64,000 bases of DNA from Gammaproteobacteria bacterium (GCA_030429665.1 JAUIEZ010000004.1:3967-67966); one strand, 5' to 3'. Shown: positions 26,182 to 35,720, numbered from the stretch's first letter. Made by a program: numbers and translations. The notes: generated by a model from the letters alone, not told the origin.

Positions 26182-26197
26182 TGGCATGCTTTTTGCG
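26182..26197 (+). promoter_or_regulatory. sigma-54 -24/-12 promoter (P5) for the second dctPQM and the IlvD/Edd dehydratase
   Basis: Plus strand reads TGGCATGCTTTTTGCG (GG and GC correctly spaced, one mismatch to TGGCAC). Ends 58 nt upstream of ATG 26256. Confidence 0.7.
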
Positions 26198-26255
26198 CTC
26201 CTCTGGATTCAGCCGGCACTGCCTGTCCGGCTCGAACACAATAGAGGAGGATACG

Positions 26256-27263
26256 ATGCCAGTAAGCAATCCACGTCGCGGACACATCCACCACTCCACG
26301 CTGCTCGTCACGACAGCCGTAATGCTCGCCATATCCGGAACGGTCCGCGCCGAAACCGTTTTGCGCGTGGGACAACCCACCACGCCGGAGTCGGGATACG
26401 GCGTGTTCGCCGAATCCTGGGCGGAGAAAGTCGACGACTACACCGACGGCGAAGTGGTCATCAAGCCATATCACAACGGCCAGCTGGGCGACGAGAAGGC
26501 CCTGGTCGAGGCGATGCGCCTGGGAACCGTCGAAGGCGGCATCGTCACCACGGACGTTCTGATCAACCACGTTCCGGAGTTTGCCGCACTCAGTTTGCCT
26601 TTCGCATTCAAGAGTTACGACGACGCGCATGAATTTCTCGCCGGCGACGCAGGTGCGTTGCTGCTCGGGCGGATGGGAGACGTCGGCCTCAAGGGGTTCG
26701 CGTTCGCCGACGTCAGCTTTCGCTCGATCGGCAACAACATTCGCCCGATCAACACGCCCGAGGATATGCGCGGCATGAAGCTTCGCGTCATCCAGTCGCC
26801 CATTCCGGTCGCCGTCATGAACGCCCTCGGGGCGCAACCAACCCCGATCGCCTGGGGCGAGACGATTCCCGCCCTGAAGCAAGGGATCGTGGATGGGCTC
26901 GCAACGGGTAACGCCTACTATTACATCGGCCGCGTCTACGATTACACCAGGTACTTCACGTTCACCAATCACGCGTATTCCGCCATGGTCGCGGTGCTTT
27001 CCAGGACGAGCTGGGATGCGTTGACCCCACAACAGCAGGATTCCGTGGCGCGTGCCGCCGCGGAAGCCGCGCCGATTGCCAACGCGGTGGTGGCGGACGT
27101 GGAACGTACCATGGTTCCGGAGATCACCGCGGCTGGCACCGAGGTCAACCGGCTTGCCGATGCCGCGCCGTTTCGCGAGGCGGTGTTGCCGCTTTGGGAC
27201 GATCAGGCCGATAAGGTGGGCGATAAGCTGATGACGATGCTGCGCAGCCACGCCGGCATGTAA
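26256..27263 (+). CDS. dctP: TRAP transporter substrate-binding protein (DctP family), second copy
   Basis: ATG 26256 is preceded by GAGGAGGA. Signal-like LLVTTAVMLAISGTVRA, then a DctP-like body. The track ORF start at 26109 is over-extended. Confidence 0.9.
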   Translation: MPVSNPRRGHIHHSTLLVTTAVMLAISGTVRAETVLRVGQPTTPESGYGVFAESWAEKVDDYTDGEVVIKPYHNGQLGDEKALVEAMRLGTVEGGIVTTDVLINHVPEFAALSLPFAFKSYDDAHEFLAGDAGALLLGRMGDVGLKGFAFADVSFRSIGNNIRPINTPEDMRGMKLRVIQSPIPVAVMNALGAQPTPIAWGETIPALKQGIVDGLATGNAYYYIGRVYDYTRYFTFTNHAYSAMVAVLSRTSWDALTPQQQDSVARAAAEAAPIANAVVADVERTMVPEITAAGTEVNRLADAAPFREAVLPLWDDQADKVGDKLMTMLRSHAGM

Positions 27264-27319
27264 ATTCGTTCTTCGCGTCCCACCGATTCCACCGTGCAGT
27301 GTAGCGCGTCGATTCCCGT

Positions 27320-27351
27320 AATCGCTCCGATCGCGCGCGATCGGAGCGATT
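27320..27351. repeat. perfect 32-nt palindrome / intercistronic stem-loop between dctP and dctQ
   Basis: AATCGCTCCGATCGCG|CGCGATCGGAGCGATT. The two 16-nt arms are exact reverse complements. Confidence 0.9.
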
Positions 27352-27366
27352 CTTCGCGATATACCC

Positions 27367-27840
27367 ATGGTTCAGCGGGTCAATAAACTGCTCGAGAACG
27401 TCGGGATCATTCTGGCCGGCAGCATGATCGCCGTGTTGTTCTTCCAGGTCTGCAGCCGTTACCTCGCCGGGTACTCGCCGGTGTGGGCGTCGGAGATTGC
27501 CCAGGCGCAGTTCGTCTGGGTGTGTTTCATCGGGTTCGCCATCGCCCTCGAGCGCGGCCAACACGTTTCCCTCGAGTACCTGCTGGAGCGGCTTCCTTCG
27601 CGTGCGCGGCTCGTGCTGGCGATACTTGCAGAGCTGTCGATGCTGTCGTTCGCGGTGACGATGTGCTACGGCGGGCTGGTGCTCGTCGATCGTCTGAAGG
27701 ATTCGGTGACGTCGGGCCTCGGCATCTCGGTGGCCTGGGTCTACGCCGCACCGGTAGCCGCCGGCGCCGTCATGACGCTGGTGTCGACGATGCGACTGGC
27801 CGCCCTCGCTAGACAGCGAATCGTAGGCGGCCATCCATGA
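27367..27840 (+). CDS. dctQ: TRAP transporter small permease, second copy
   Basis: 157-aa 4-TM ORF. Its stop overlaps the dctM start (ATGA). Confidence 0.85.
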   Translation: MVQRVNKLLENVGIILAGSMIAVLFFQVCSRYLAGYSPVWASEIAQAQFVWVCFIGFAIALERGQHVSLEYLLERLPSRARLVLAILAELSMLSFAVTMCYGGLVLVDRLKDSVTSGLGISVAWVYAAPVAAGAVMTLVSTMRLAALARQRIVGGHP

Positions 27841-29117
27841 ACGAATCCGCCTGGCTTCTGCTTCTCGTGTTCGTCGGCGCACTCGGCATCGGCGCGCCCA
27901 TAGCGCTCGCCATCGCCGGTGCCTGCATGGTGTTTCTCCTGGCGAACGGCCTGCCATTGTTCCTGGTGGCGCATCACATGGTCACCGCGGTCGATTCCTT
28001 CACGTTGATCGCGGTGCCCGGATTCCTGCTCGTCGGCACGCTCATGTCGCGTGCCGGGATGATCGAAAGGCTGGTCGAGTTCAGCATGGCGCTGGTCGGC
28101 TGGCTCGCCGGAGGCCTGTCGCTCGTTACCATCACCGCGTCCATGATTTTCGCCGGGATCTCGGGTTCCGCGGTGGCTGACACTGCCGCCGTGGGTGCTT
28201 CGACCATACCCGCGCTCAAGCGAAACCGCTATGCGCCGGACTACGTCGCTGCACTGGTGGCGGCCGGCGGTTCGATCGGTATCATCATCCCGCCAAGCAT
28301 ACCGATGATCATCTACGGCGTATCGACCAACACGTCGATTCCGAAGCTGTTCGTCGCGGGCTACCTTCCCGGTCTGCTGCTGGGGATGGCTTTCATGGTG
28401 TACGCCTACTTTGTCGCCCGGCGCAAGGGATACGGAGAACAGGTTCGGTTCTCGGTTCCCGCCTTGTCGACCTCGTTCAGAAAAGCGTTCTGGGCGTTGC
28501 TCGCGCCGATCATCATCGTCGGCGGTATCGTGTTCGGAATCATGACGCCGACCGAATCGGGAATCGTCGGCGTCGCCTACGTGCTCGCCATCGGATTGTT
28601 CGTTCATCGAAGCCTTGATTTTCGAGACCTCGTGGACTCGTTCGTTGAGGCCATCACGTTGAGCGGTGTCGTGATGATGGTCGTGGCAACCTCGGGCCTG
28701 CTCGCCTGGATTCTCGCCAGGGAGGGCATTCCCGAGCAGATGGTCGAGTTGATCCTCGGCGGCCTGACCGATGAGATCGTCATCCTCCTGGTTATCAACG
28801 TGACGCTCCTGGTGCTCGGCGCGTTCATGGACACCATCGCGATCATGCTGATCCTCCTGCCCGTGTTGACGCCTATCGGGGTTGCGCTCGGTCTGGATCC
28901 GGTGCATTTCGGCGTCATCGTCGTGTTCAACCTCGCCATCGGCATGCTGACGCCGCCGCTCGGTTACTGCCTGTTCGTATCCAGCACCATCTCCAACGTG
29001 AACCTGGGAAGAGCGAGTCTCAGGGTCCTGCCGTTCGTCGCGATTTCCCTGGCCGTGCTGCTGCTGGTGACGTTCTGGCCGGCTATTACGCTGGGGTTGG
29101 CGAACAACGTGCGTTAA
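27837..29117 (+). CDS. dctM: TRAP transporter large permease, second copy
   Basis: 426-aa polytopic DctM-like ORF. Confidence 0.9.
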   Translation: MNESAWLLLLVFVGALGIGAPIALAIAGACMVFLLANGLPLFLVAHHMVTAVDSFTLIAVPGFLLVGTLMSRAGMIERLVEFSMALVGWLAGGLSLVTITASMIFAGISGSAVADTAAVGASTIPALKRNRYAPDYVAALVAAGGSIGIIIPPSIPMIIYGVSTNTSIPKLFVAGYLPGLLLGMAFMVYAYFVARRKGYGEQVRFSVPALSTSFRKAFWALLAPIIIVGGIVFGIMTPTESGIVGVAYVLAIGLFVHRSLDFRDLVDSFVEAITLSGVVMMVVATSGLLAWILAREGIPEQMVELILGGLTDEIVILLVINVTLLVLGAFMDTIAIMLILLPVLTPIGVALGLDPVHFGVIVVFNLAIGMLTPPLGYCLFVSSTISNVNLGRASLRVLPFVAISLAVLLLVTFWPAITLGLANNVR

Positions 29118-29232
29118 AGTCGCCCGGCCGGCGGACCGGCATCCGGTTGACGATCCACGCGGTGGTTTGGTGCGATGCCGGGGCCCCGCGTCGTGGCATG
29201 CACCAGGACAACCAGAGAAGACTACGCACACG

Positions 29233-30957
29233 ATGACCAATACAGACGATCGCGGCATGCGCCGCGGGCTCACGCGCTACGGCGATGCCGGATTTTCCCT
29301 GTTTCTGCGCAAGGCCTTCATCAAGGCCATGGGTTACTCCGACGACGCTCTCGAACGACCGGTCGTCGGTGTCGTCGACACCGGCAGCGGCTACAACGCC
29401 TGTCATCGCAATGCGTCCGAGCTCGTCGACGCCATCAAGCGTGGCGTCATGCTTGCCGGGGGGTTGCCGGTCGAGTTCCCCACCGTTTCCATTCACGAGT
29501 CCTTCGCCCATCCGACCTCCATGTTTCTGCGCAACCTGATGGCGATGGACACGGAAGAGATGATCCGCGCCCAGCCCATGGACGCCGTGGTCATGATCGG
29601 CGGCTGCGACAAGACCGTGCCCGCCCAGCTCATGGGTGCCGCCAGCGCCGGCGTGCCCGCCATCTCGGTGGTTACCGGACCCATGATGACCGGGAGCTAC
29701 CGGGGTGAACGCCTCGGCGCGTGTACCGACTGCCGGCGGTTCTGGGGCATGCATCGCGCCGGCGAGCTGGAGGAAGGCGAGATCGACGCGGTAGGCGATC
29801 GCCTCTGCCCCACGGCCGGCACCTGCATGGTCATGGGCACCGCGAGCACGATGGCGTGCATGACCGAGGCGCTTGGAATGATGCTTCCCGGCGGCGCCTG
29901 CATACCCGCGGTGGCCGCCGACCGGACACGCCATGCGGAGGCGGCCGGCCGGCGTGCCGTGGCCATGGCGGAGGAACGCCTGGTGCCGGATAGAATCATG
30001 ACGCCGGCCGCCTTCACCAATGCGTTTCGCGTGCTCATGGCCATTGGCGGATCCACCAACGCCCTCGTGCACATGACCGCGGTGGCGGGCCGGCTGGGCA
30101 TCGCCGTCGATCTCGCGGCGCTGGACCGGCTGGGTCGCGAAACGCCCGTGCTCGTCGATCTCAAGCCGAGCGGCAGTCACTACATGGAAGATCTGCACGA
30201 CGCCGGCGGCATGATCGCCGTGCTGCGCGAGTTGTCGCCCCTGCTCAACCTGGACTGCCTTACCGTGACCGGCCGCAGCCTGGGTGAGAACCTAGACGCC
30301 GCCGCGCCTTCCTGGTCGCAGTCCGTGGTCCGCCCGTGTAGCGATCCGCTCTACCCGGAGGGCGGCCTCGCCGTCCTCTCCGGCAACCTCGCTCCCGGCG
30401 GTGCGGTCGTCAAGCACAGCGCCGCCTCGCCGGAACTGTTGAATCATCGCGGTCGCGCGGTGGTATTCGATTCCCTCGACGACCTCGCGCGGCGCATTGA
30501 CGATCCCGGCCTCGACGTGAACCCCGACGACGTGCTGGTGCTTCGCAATGCCGGTTCGAAGGGTGCGCCCGGTATGCCCGAGGCGGGATACATCCCCATA
30601 CCGGCCAAGCTTGCGCGGCAGGGCGTGAAGGACATGGTGCGAGTTTCCGATGCACGGATGAGCGGGACGGCGTTCGGCACCATCGTTTTGCACGTCACGC
30701 CGGAATCCGCGGTAGGCGGACCGTTGGCGAGAGTGCGCAACGGGGACACGATACACCTTGATGTCGCCGCTCGCCGCATCGCACTCGAGGTCGGCGAAGC
30801 AGAACTTGCCCGGCGCGTGCCGAGTCCGCCGCCATCGCACGCCGGCGCCGAACGCGGCTACCTGAGACTATTTCTCGACCACGTCACCGGGCCCGATGTC
30901 GGCGCGGACTTCGATTTTCTGGCGCCGCCTCTCTCGGGTCGCGTGACGCCGGGTTGA
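29233..30957 (+). CDS. IlvD/Edd family dehydratase (sugar-acid / dihydroxy-acid dehydratase type)
   Basis: True ATG is at 29233 (MTNTDDRGMRRGLTRYGDAGF...). Motifs include CDKTVPAQLMG, PTAGTCMVMGTASTM and GGSTNALVH. Confidence 0.85.
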   Translation: MTNTDDRGMRRGLTRYGDAGFSLFLRKAFIKAMGYSDDALERPVVGVVDTGSGYNACHRNASELVDAIKRGVMLAGGLPVEFPTVSIHESFAHPTSMFLRNLMAMDTEEMIRAQPMDAVVMIGGCDKTVPAQLMGAASAGVPAISVVTGPMMTGSYRGERLGACTDCRRFWGMHRAGELEEGEIDAVGDRLCPTAGTCMVMGTASTMACMTEALGMMLPGGACIPAVAADRTRHAEAAGRRAVAMAEERLVPDRIMTPAAFTNAFRVLMAIGGSTNALVHMTAVAGRLGIAVDLAALDRLGRETPVLVDLKPSGSHYMEDLHDAGGMIAVLRELSPLLNLDCLTVTGRSLGENLDAAAPSWSQSVVRPCSDPLYPEGGLAVLSGNLAPGGAVVKHSAASPELLNHRGRAVVFDSLDDLARRIDDPGLDVNPDDVLVLRNAGSKGAPGMPEAGYIPIPAKLARQGVKDMVRVSDARMSGTAFGTIVLHVTPESAVGGPLARVRNGDTIHLDVAARRIALEVGEAELARRVPSPPPSHAGAERGYLRLFLDHVTGPDVGADFDFLAPPLSGRVTPG

Positions 30958-31036
30958 ATGCCGGCGCGCTCAAGGGTGCTGTTCCCGCCACGTCATTCCC
31001 GGCAGTCGCCGAACCCCGTCAAAGACTACCGCGCCG

Positions 31037-32074
31037 CTAGCGTTCCGGCGCCAGCGACCGGGTCATTTCTCCCGCCGGGATTTCCTTGCACCCGCTGGCG
31101 TTCTGGCCGGACCAGAGCGGGGAGAAGTCTCCTGATCCCGCGCTTTCCGCCTTTGCACGCAGCGGCATGACGCCGGCAAGGGCCAGCGGGAACGCGGGTG
31201 CCGAATCGCTGATCGGTCCCAGTTCCCGGATGATGCGGTTCACGATACTGCGTGCGGGCCGACCGGTGAACACGTTGGTCAGTGCGGTGTGCTTCGCCGA
31301 CTCGCTTTTCAGGGCCGCGCGGTGTATCGCGGTCGTGTTCGTTTCCGTGCAGAGCAGGTACGCCGTGCCGACCTGCGTGCCGGAAGCGCCCATCGCCATG
31401 GCGGCTGCGACGCCTGTCGAATCCGCAATGCCACCCGCCGCGATGACGGGGCACGTCACCGACGAAACGATTTGCGGCAAAAGGGCGAACGTTCCGACCT
31501 GGGTACTCGGATCGTCGGTGAGGAACATGCCGCGGTGACCGCCGGCTTCGACGCCCTGGGCGATAACGGCGTCGGCGCCGTTTGCCTCCAGCCAGCGCGC
31601 CTCCTCGACGGTGGTCGCGGACGACAGGATTGTCGCGCCCCACGATTTCACCCTGGTCACGAGTTCCGGCGAGGGCAAGCCGAAATGAAAGCTGACCACC
31701 GGCGGTTCGAACGCCTCCAGTATGTCGGCGGTATGCGAATCGAACGGCGCGCGCCCGGGACCGGCGGGCGCGTCGTCGAGCTCGATACCGAACTCCCTGT
31801 AATAGGGCGACAACGCCGCGCGCCACGCGGCCTCGCGCGCCGGGTCGACCACGGGCGGCGAGTGGCAAAAGAAGTTGACGTTGAACGGCTTGTCGGTCTG
31901 CGCGCGAATCGTTTCCAGCTCGCTACGCAAGTCGTCGGGTCCCAGCATGGCGCAGGGCAAGGAACCCAGGCCGCCGGCGTTGGAGACGGCGATCGCCAGG
32001 GCGCTGCCCTGCACGCCGGCCATGGGCGCCTGGATGACGGGAAGTTCTATCCCCAAGAGTTCCTGGATATTCAT
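31037..32074 (-). CDS. nitronate monooxygenase (NMO / 2-nitropropane dioxygenase family)
   Basis: ATG 32074 (MNIQELLGIELPVIQAPMAGVQGSALA) and the FMN-binding pattern PVIAAGGIAD. Confidence 0.85.
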   Translation of the reverse strand: MNIQELLGIELPVIQAPMAGVQGSALAIAVSNAGGLGSLPCAMLGPDDLRSELETIRAQTDKPFNVNFFCHSPPVVDPAREAAWRAALSPYYREFGIELDDAPAGPGRAPFDSHTADILEAFEPPVVSFHFGLPSPELVTRVKSWGATILSSATTVEEARWLEANGADAVIAQGVEAGGHRGMFLTDDPSTQVGTFALLPQIVSSVTCPVIAAGGIADSTGVAAAMAMGASGTQVGTAYLLCTETNTTAIHRAALKSESAKHTALTNVFTGRPARSIVNRIIRELGPISDSAPAFPLALAGVMPLRAKAESAGSGDFSPLWSGQNASGCKEIPAGEMTRSLAPER

Positions 32075-32195
32075 GACTGCTTCCCTCGAGACGATGTATC
32101 CGAAGTCACAGCACGCAACGGTCAAAGCCGGCGTGCGATGCACACCCGTTTTTCACGCGTCGGCCGGGCGGGTTCGATCCCGGCGCAGCCGCCGC

Positions 32196-32837
32196 TCAGG
32201 CGCCGCGATGCCCGCCGGCATCGAACGCCAGGCGTAGTCCCAGGCCCACCAGGACGGTTCCGACCAGGCGTTGTTGCCAGGCGACGAAGGCCGGTTTCTG
32301 CGACAACCAATCGCCGAGCCAACCCGATAGCAGTGCCACGGTTCCATTGACCAGAAATCCGCAGGTCTTCATGGTCAGGCCGAGCACCACGAACTGCAGT
32401 TCCACCGAGCCCGACGCAGGGGCGACGAACTGCGGCAGCAGCGCCAGCATGAACACCAGCACCTTGGGATTGAGCAGGTTGTTCCAGAACCCCTGCCTGA
32501 ACGCCTCGAACGCACTACCTGACACCCGTCCGGGGCCGGGCGCATGACGGGTTGAAGAGAGCAGGAATGCCAGGCCGATGTACACCAGGTAGCCGGCACC
32601 GAGCCATCTCAGTGCCTCGTAGGCAAAGGGAGACGCCTGGAAAACGCCCGCCAGTCCGAGTGCCAGCGCGGGGATCTGAATCACGCCGGCGGCAGTGAAT
32701 CCCAGTACGCACGCCAGTGCGGCCCGGCGACCCTGGCCGGCACCCCGGGCGACAACCAGCATCATGTCGGGACCGGGCATCATCTGCATGGCGAGTACGG
32801 CAGCGACGAACGCCAGCCATATCGATAGTTCAGGCAT
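32196..32837 (-). CDS. LysE/RhtB family amino-acid exporter
   Basis: 213-aa 6-TM ORF with the LysE-type N-terminus MQMMPGPDMMLVVARG. Confidence 0.85.
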   Translation of the reverse strand: MPELSIWLAFVAAVLAMQMMPGPDMMLVVARGAGQGRRAALACVLGFTAAGVIQIPALALGLAGVFQASPFAYEALRWLGAGYLVYIGLAFLLSSTRHAPGPGRVSGSAFEAFRQGFWNNLLNPKVLVFMLALLPQFVAPASGSVELQFVVLGLTMKTCGFLVNGTVALLSGWLGDWLSQKPAFVAWQQRLVGTVLVGLGLRLAFDAGGHRGA

Positions 32838-32892
32838 GATGTCACCTCTGTTTCAGCGCGCCGCGACCGGTGTGGGCGACGCTGGTAACGGT

Positions 32893-33597
32893 TTACACGG
32901 AACGGGTGATTCCTCCGTCCACCCGTATATTCTGCCCGGTAATGTATCCGGCATTGTCGGACGCCAGGAACGCGACCACGCCCGCGATCTCCTCGGCGGT
33001 GCCATAGCGTTGCATCGGTATCCGGTCACGAAATTCCCGCCGCTCGGGCAAGCTGTCGATGAAGCCGGGGAGCACGTTGTTCATGCGGATGTTCTGCGCG
33101 GCATAGCGGTCCGAAAAAAGCTTCGAATACGCGGCGAGACCGGCCCGGAACACGCCGGACGTCGGAAAGGTCGGGTCGGGCTCGAATACGGCGAAGGTCG
33201 ATATGTTGACGATCACGCCCGCACCCTGGCGCTCCATGATCGGCGTCACCAGTCGAGTCGCTCGCGCCACGCAGAGGAAATACACCTCCATGCCGAGGTG
33301 CCAGTCCTCGTCCGACAGTTCCAGCAGCGGTCCCTTCGGTCCATGACCGGCGCTGTTGACGAGAACGTCGATGCGTCCCCAGGTTTCGACCGTCTTGTCC
33401 ACGAGCCGGGCGAGATCGTCGTTCGAGCGGTTCGAGCCGGTCACGCCGATGCCGCCAAGCTCCCGCGCCAGCGCCTCGCCCTTGCCGGAGGACGACAGGA
33501 TGGCGATCCGGTAGCCCTCGGCGGCAAGTTTCTTCGCGGCGGCCGCGCCCATTCCGCTGCCGCCGGCCGTGATCACTGCCACTTTCTCATTCGCCAT
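32893..33597 (-). CDS. SDR family oxidoreductase
   Basis: TAGGSGMG cofactor motif, NSAG, and a short-chain dehydrogenase C-terminal pattern. Confidence 0.85.
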   Translation of the reverse strand: MANEKVAVITAGGSGMGAAAAKKLAAEGYRIAILSSSGKGEALARELGGIGVTGSNRSNDDLARLVDKTVETWGRIDVLVNSAGHGPKGPLLELSDEDWHLGMEVYFLCVARATRLVTPIMERQGAGVIVNISTFAVFEPDPTFPTSGVFRAGLAAYSKLFSDRYAAQNIRMNNVLPGFIDSLPERREFRDRIPMQRYGTAEEIAGVVAFLASDNAGYITGQNIRVDGGITRSV

Positions 33598-33745
33598 CGT
33601 GTAACTCCAGTGTTGTTTGCCAGTCGCGTATGCCCGTTAGCTGGGTGTCGGAACCAGTTCCAATGTGCCTGAGGATTCGGGAATCAGGTTTCAGTGTTAA
33701 CTTCCACGCCCTGACTCGTGAGGCGAACTTGTCTGAACGGCAGCA

Positions 33746-34150
33746 TCAGTCGCCGTCGACCTGCCTTTGGTAGTCCGTCGCGTTGAAGTGGCCGGCTGAC
33801 TCCGCCACCAGGCCGTCGTCCGAAAATCGCCAATACTCCCAGCCGCTGATCTTTACCCGGTTTCCCGTGCCGCCGGTTCCGCAATGGGTGCCTTCGAGCG
33901 TCCAGCGGTAGACGGCATGGGTGCCGGACGTTCTGATGTCGTCCATCTTGACGACGAGATCCGGAAATTCGTCGTAAAACGCCTGCGCCATGGCCGCGAT
34001 CTCGCCGCGACCGCGGCTGGGTTTGCCGCCGTTGATCACGATGCGGCCTTCTTCGGCGTAGAAGGACGCCACGGCTGTCGCATCGTGGGAGCACCAGGCG
34101 GCGGTGTAGTCGCGTCCGAAATTCGTTGCCTGATCGGGTGCCATGTGCAT
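33746..34150 (-). CDS. SnoaL-like / NTF2-fold protein (ester-cyclase type)
   Basis: ATG 34150 (MHMAPDQATNFGRDYTAAW...) is preceded by GGGAGA. 134 aa with an NTF2-like pattern. The track ORF is over-extended to 34390. Confidence 0.75.
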   Translation of the reverse strand: MHMAPDQATNFGRDYTAAWCSHDATAVASFYAEEGRIVINGGKPSRGRGEIAAMAQAFYDEFPDLVVKMDDIRTSGTHAVYRWTLEGTHCGTGGTGNRVKISGWEYWRFSDDGLVAESAGHFNATDYQRQVDGD

Positions 34151-34601
34151 CGTCGGTCTCCCGCCTGTCGGCTTGGTTGTCTTTCTTGGAGGCTCCTGCC
34201 GTTGGTCGATATTAACGCGTTTGCGTTGCGCATGCCTGTCACGAGAACTCGCGGTCCCCCGCGCGCCGTATGTCGCCGGCCGGCGGCTCAAACTGATTTT
34301 CGACGTTCGTCGTCGGCTTGCCGACCGGCGCCAGGTATTGAATCGAGGCATTGGAAGCCACAGAGCGCGCCGCGCTGTCGGCCGCATCATTCGCCTGTCG
34401 GGTGAAGTGGCCAGGTTGTCAGAACTTCCCGGTAAGTGCCCCGGATATTCTGCGGATCGGTGTCGGCGACACGACGCGCTGGCCTCGCAATTCTGATATA
34501 TGGAAACTCAAGGTTGAATGATCCGTCGGGCGCCTCGTGTCAGGCGGTTTATCATCAGGCCCCATTTGAAAAGTCGAAAATTTTCAGGAGGACTCTGGAT
34601 C

Positions 34602-35579
34602 GTGAAATTCAAACTGCTGGGTCGAACGGGCATTTCGGTCTCGGAACTCTGCTTCGGTACCATGTCCTTCGGCGGTGACGCCGACGAGGCGGAATCGGCG
34701 CGGCTGTACGCCGCTGCGCGGGAGGCGGGAATCAACTTTTTCGACTGTGCCAACGGCTACGGCAAGGGCGCGGCGGAGCGTATTCTCGGCAAGTTGATGG
34801 CGCCCGAGCGCGATCAACTCGTCATCACGTCGAAGTGTGCGGTGCCGACGGGCGACGATGTCAATGACCGGGGCACCAACCGGCGCCATATGCGCAAGGC
34901 CGTGGAGGACAGCCTCCGGCGGTTGGGGACGGACCGTCTCGACATCCTCATCCTGCATCGCTGGGACGCAAACACGCCGCTCGAGGAAACGTTGAGAGGG
35001 CTGGAGGACCTGGTGCGCGACGGCAAGGTCATCTACACCGGGGCGAGCAACTTCGCCGCCTGGCAGGTGATGAAGGCGCTCGGGGTGTCGGCCCGGGAAC
35101 AGTGGACGCGTTTCGAGGTCGTGCAGCCCATGTACAGTCTCGTCAAGCGGCAGGTGGAAGCGGAGATCCTGCCGATGGCCGCGTCGGAGTCGCTGGGCGT
35201 GATGACCTACGGGCCCGTCGGCGGCGGGCTGTTGAGCGGCAAGTACGGGTCCGGCGTACGGCCGTCGTCGGGTCGATTGATCGACAATGCGGAGTACAAG
35301 GCGCGCTACGACGAACAGTGGGTGTTCGAGACGGCCGGGCGTTTCACGTCGTTTGCCGGTGAGCGCGGCGTACATCCGGTTACCCTGGCCGTGGCGTGGG
35401 CGAAGGCGCATCCGGCCGTGACCTGCCCGATCATCGGCGCGCGCAACGTCGAACAACTTCGACCGTCGCTGGCTGCCGCGGAGTTCGCCATGGACGACGA
35501 GATGCGTCGCGAGGTCTCGGCACTGTCCCGCGAGCCGGCCCCCGCAACCGACCGGCTCGAGGAACGATTGGCGTCGTAG
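34602..35579 (+). CDS. aldo/keto reductase
   Basis: GTG 34602 is preceded by AGGAGGA. VKFKLLGRTGISVSELCFGTMSFGG...INFFDCANGYGKGAAERILG is a typical AKR N-terminus. Confidence 0.85.
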   Translation: MKFKLLGRTGISVSELCFGTMSFGGDADEAESARLYAAAREAGINFFDCANGYGKGAAERILGKLMAPERDQLVITSKCAVPTGDDVNDRGTNRRHMRKAVEDSLRRLGTDRLDILILHRWDANTPLEETLRGLEDLVRDGKVIYTGASNFAAWQVMKALGVSAREQWTRFEVVQPMYSLVKRQVEAEILPMAASESLGVMTYGPVGGGLLSGKYGSGVRPSSGRLIDNAEYKARYDEQWVFETAGRFTSFAGERGVHPVTLAVAWAKAHPAVTCPIIGARNVEQLRPSLAAAEFAMDDEMRREVSALSREPAPATDRLEERLAS

Positions 35580-35720
35580 ACGGACACGCGCTCAGTCGTG
35601 AGCCGTGTGGTCAAAACCGGTCGGAATGCGTTTTGCGAATTCCCCCGGCGGCCGCGCCGGCCAAAGGGTCGGGCTTCCGGCGTCGTTGACGATGGCTGCG
35701 GCGCCTGGCTTAACGGGCTA

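Noticed and set aside
29194-29208. TGGCAT upstream of the IlvD/Edd dehydratase gene.
   Set aside because: No TTGC -12 element follows at the correct spacing (the sequence reads TGGCATGCACCAGGA). The gene is more simply explained as co-transcribed from P5 with dctPQM.
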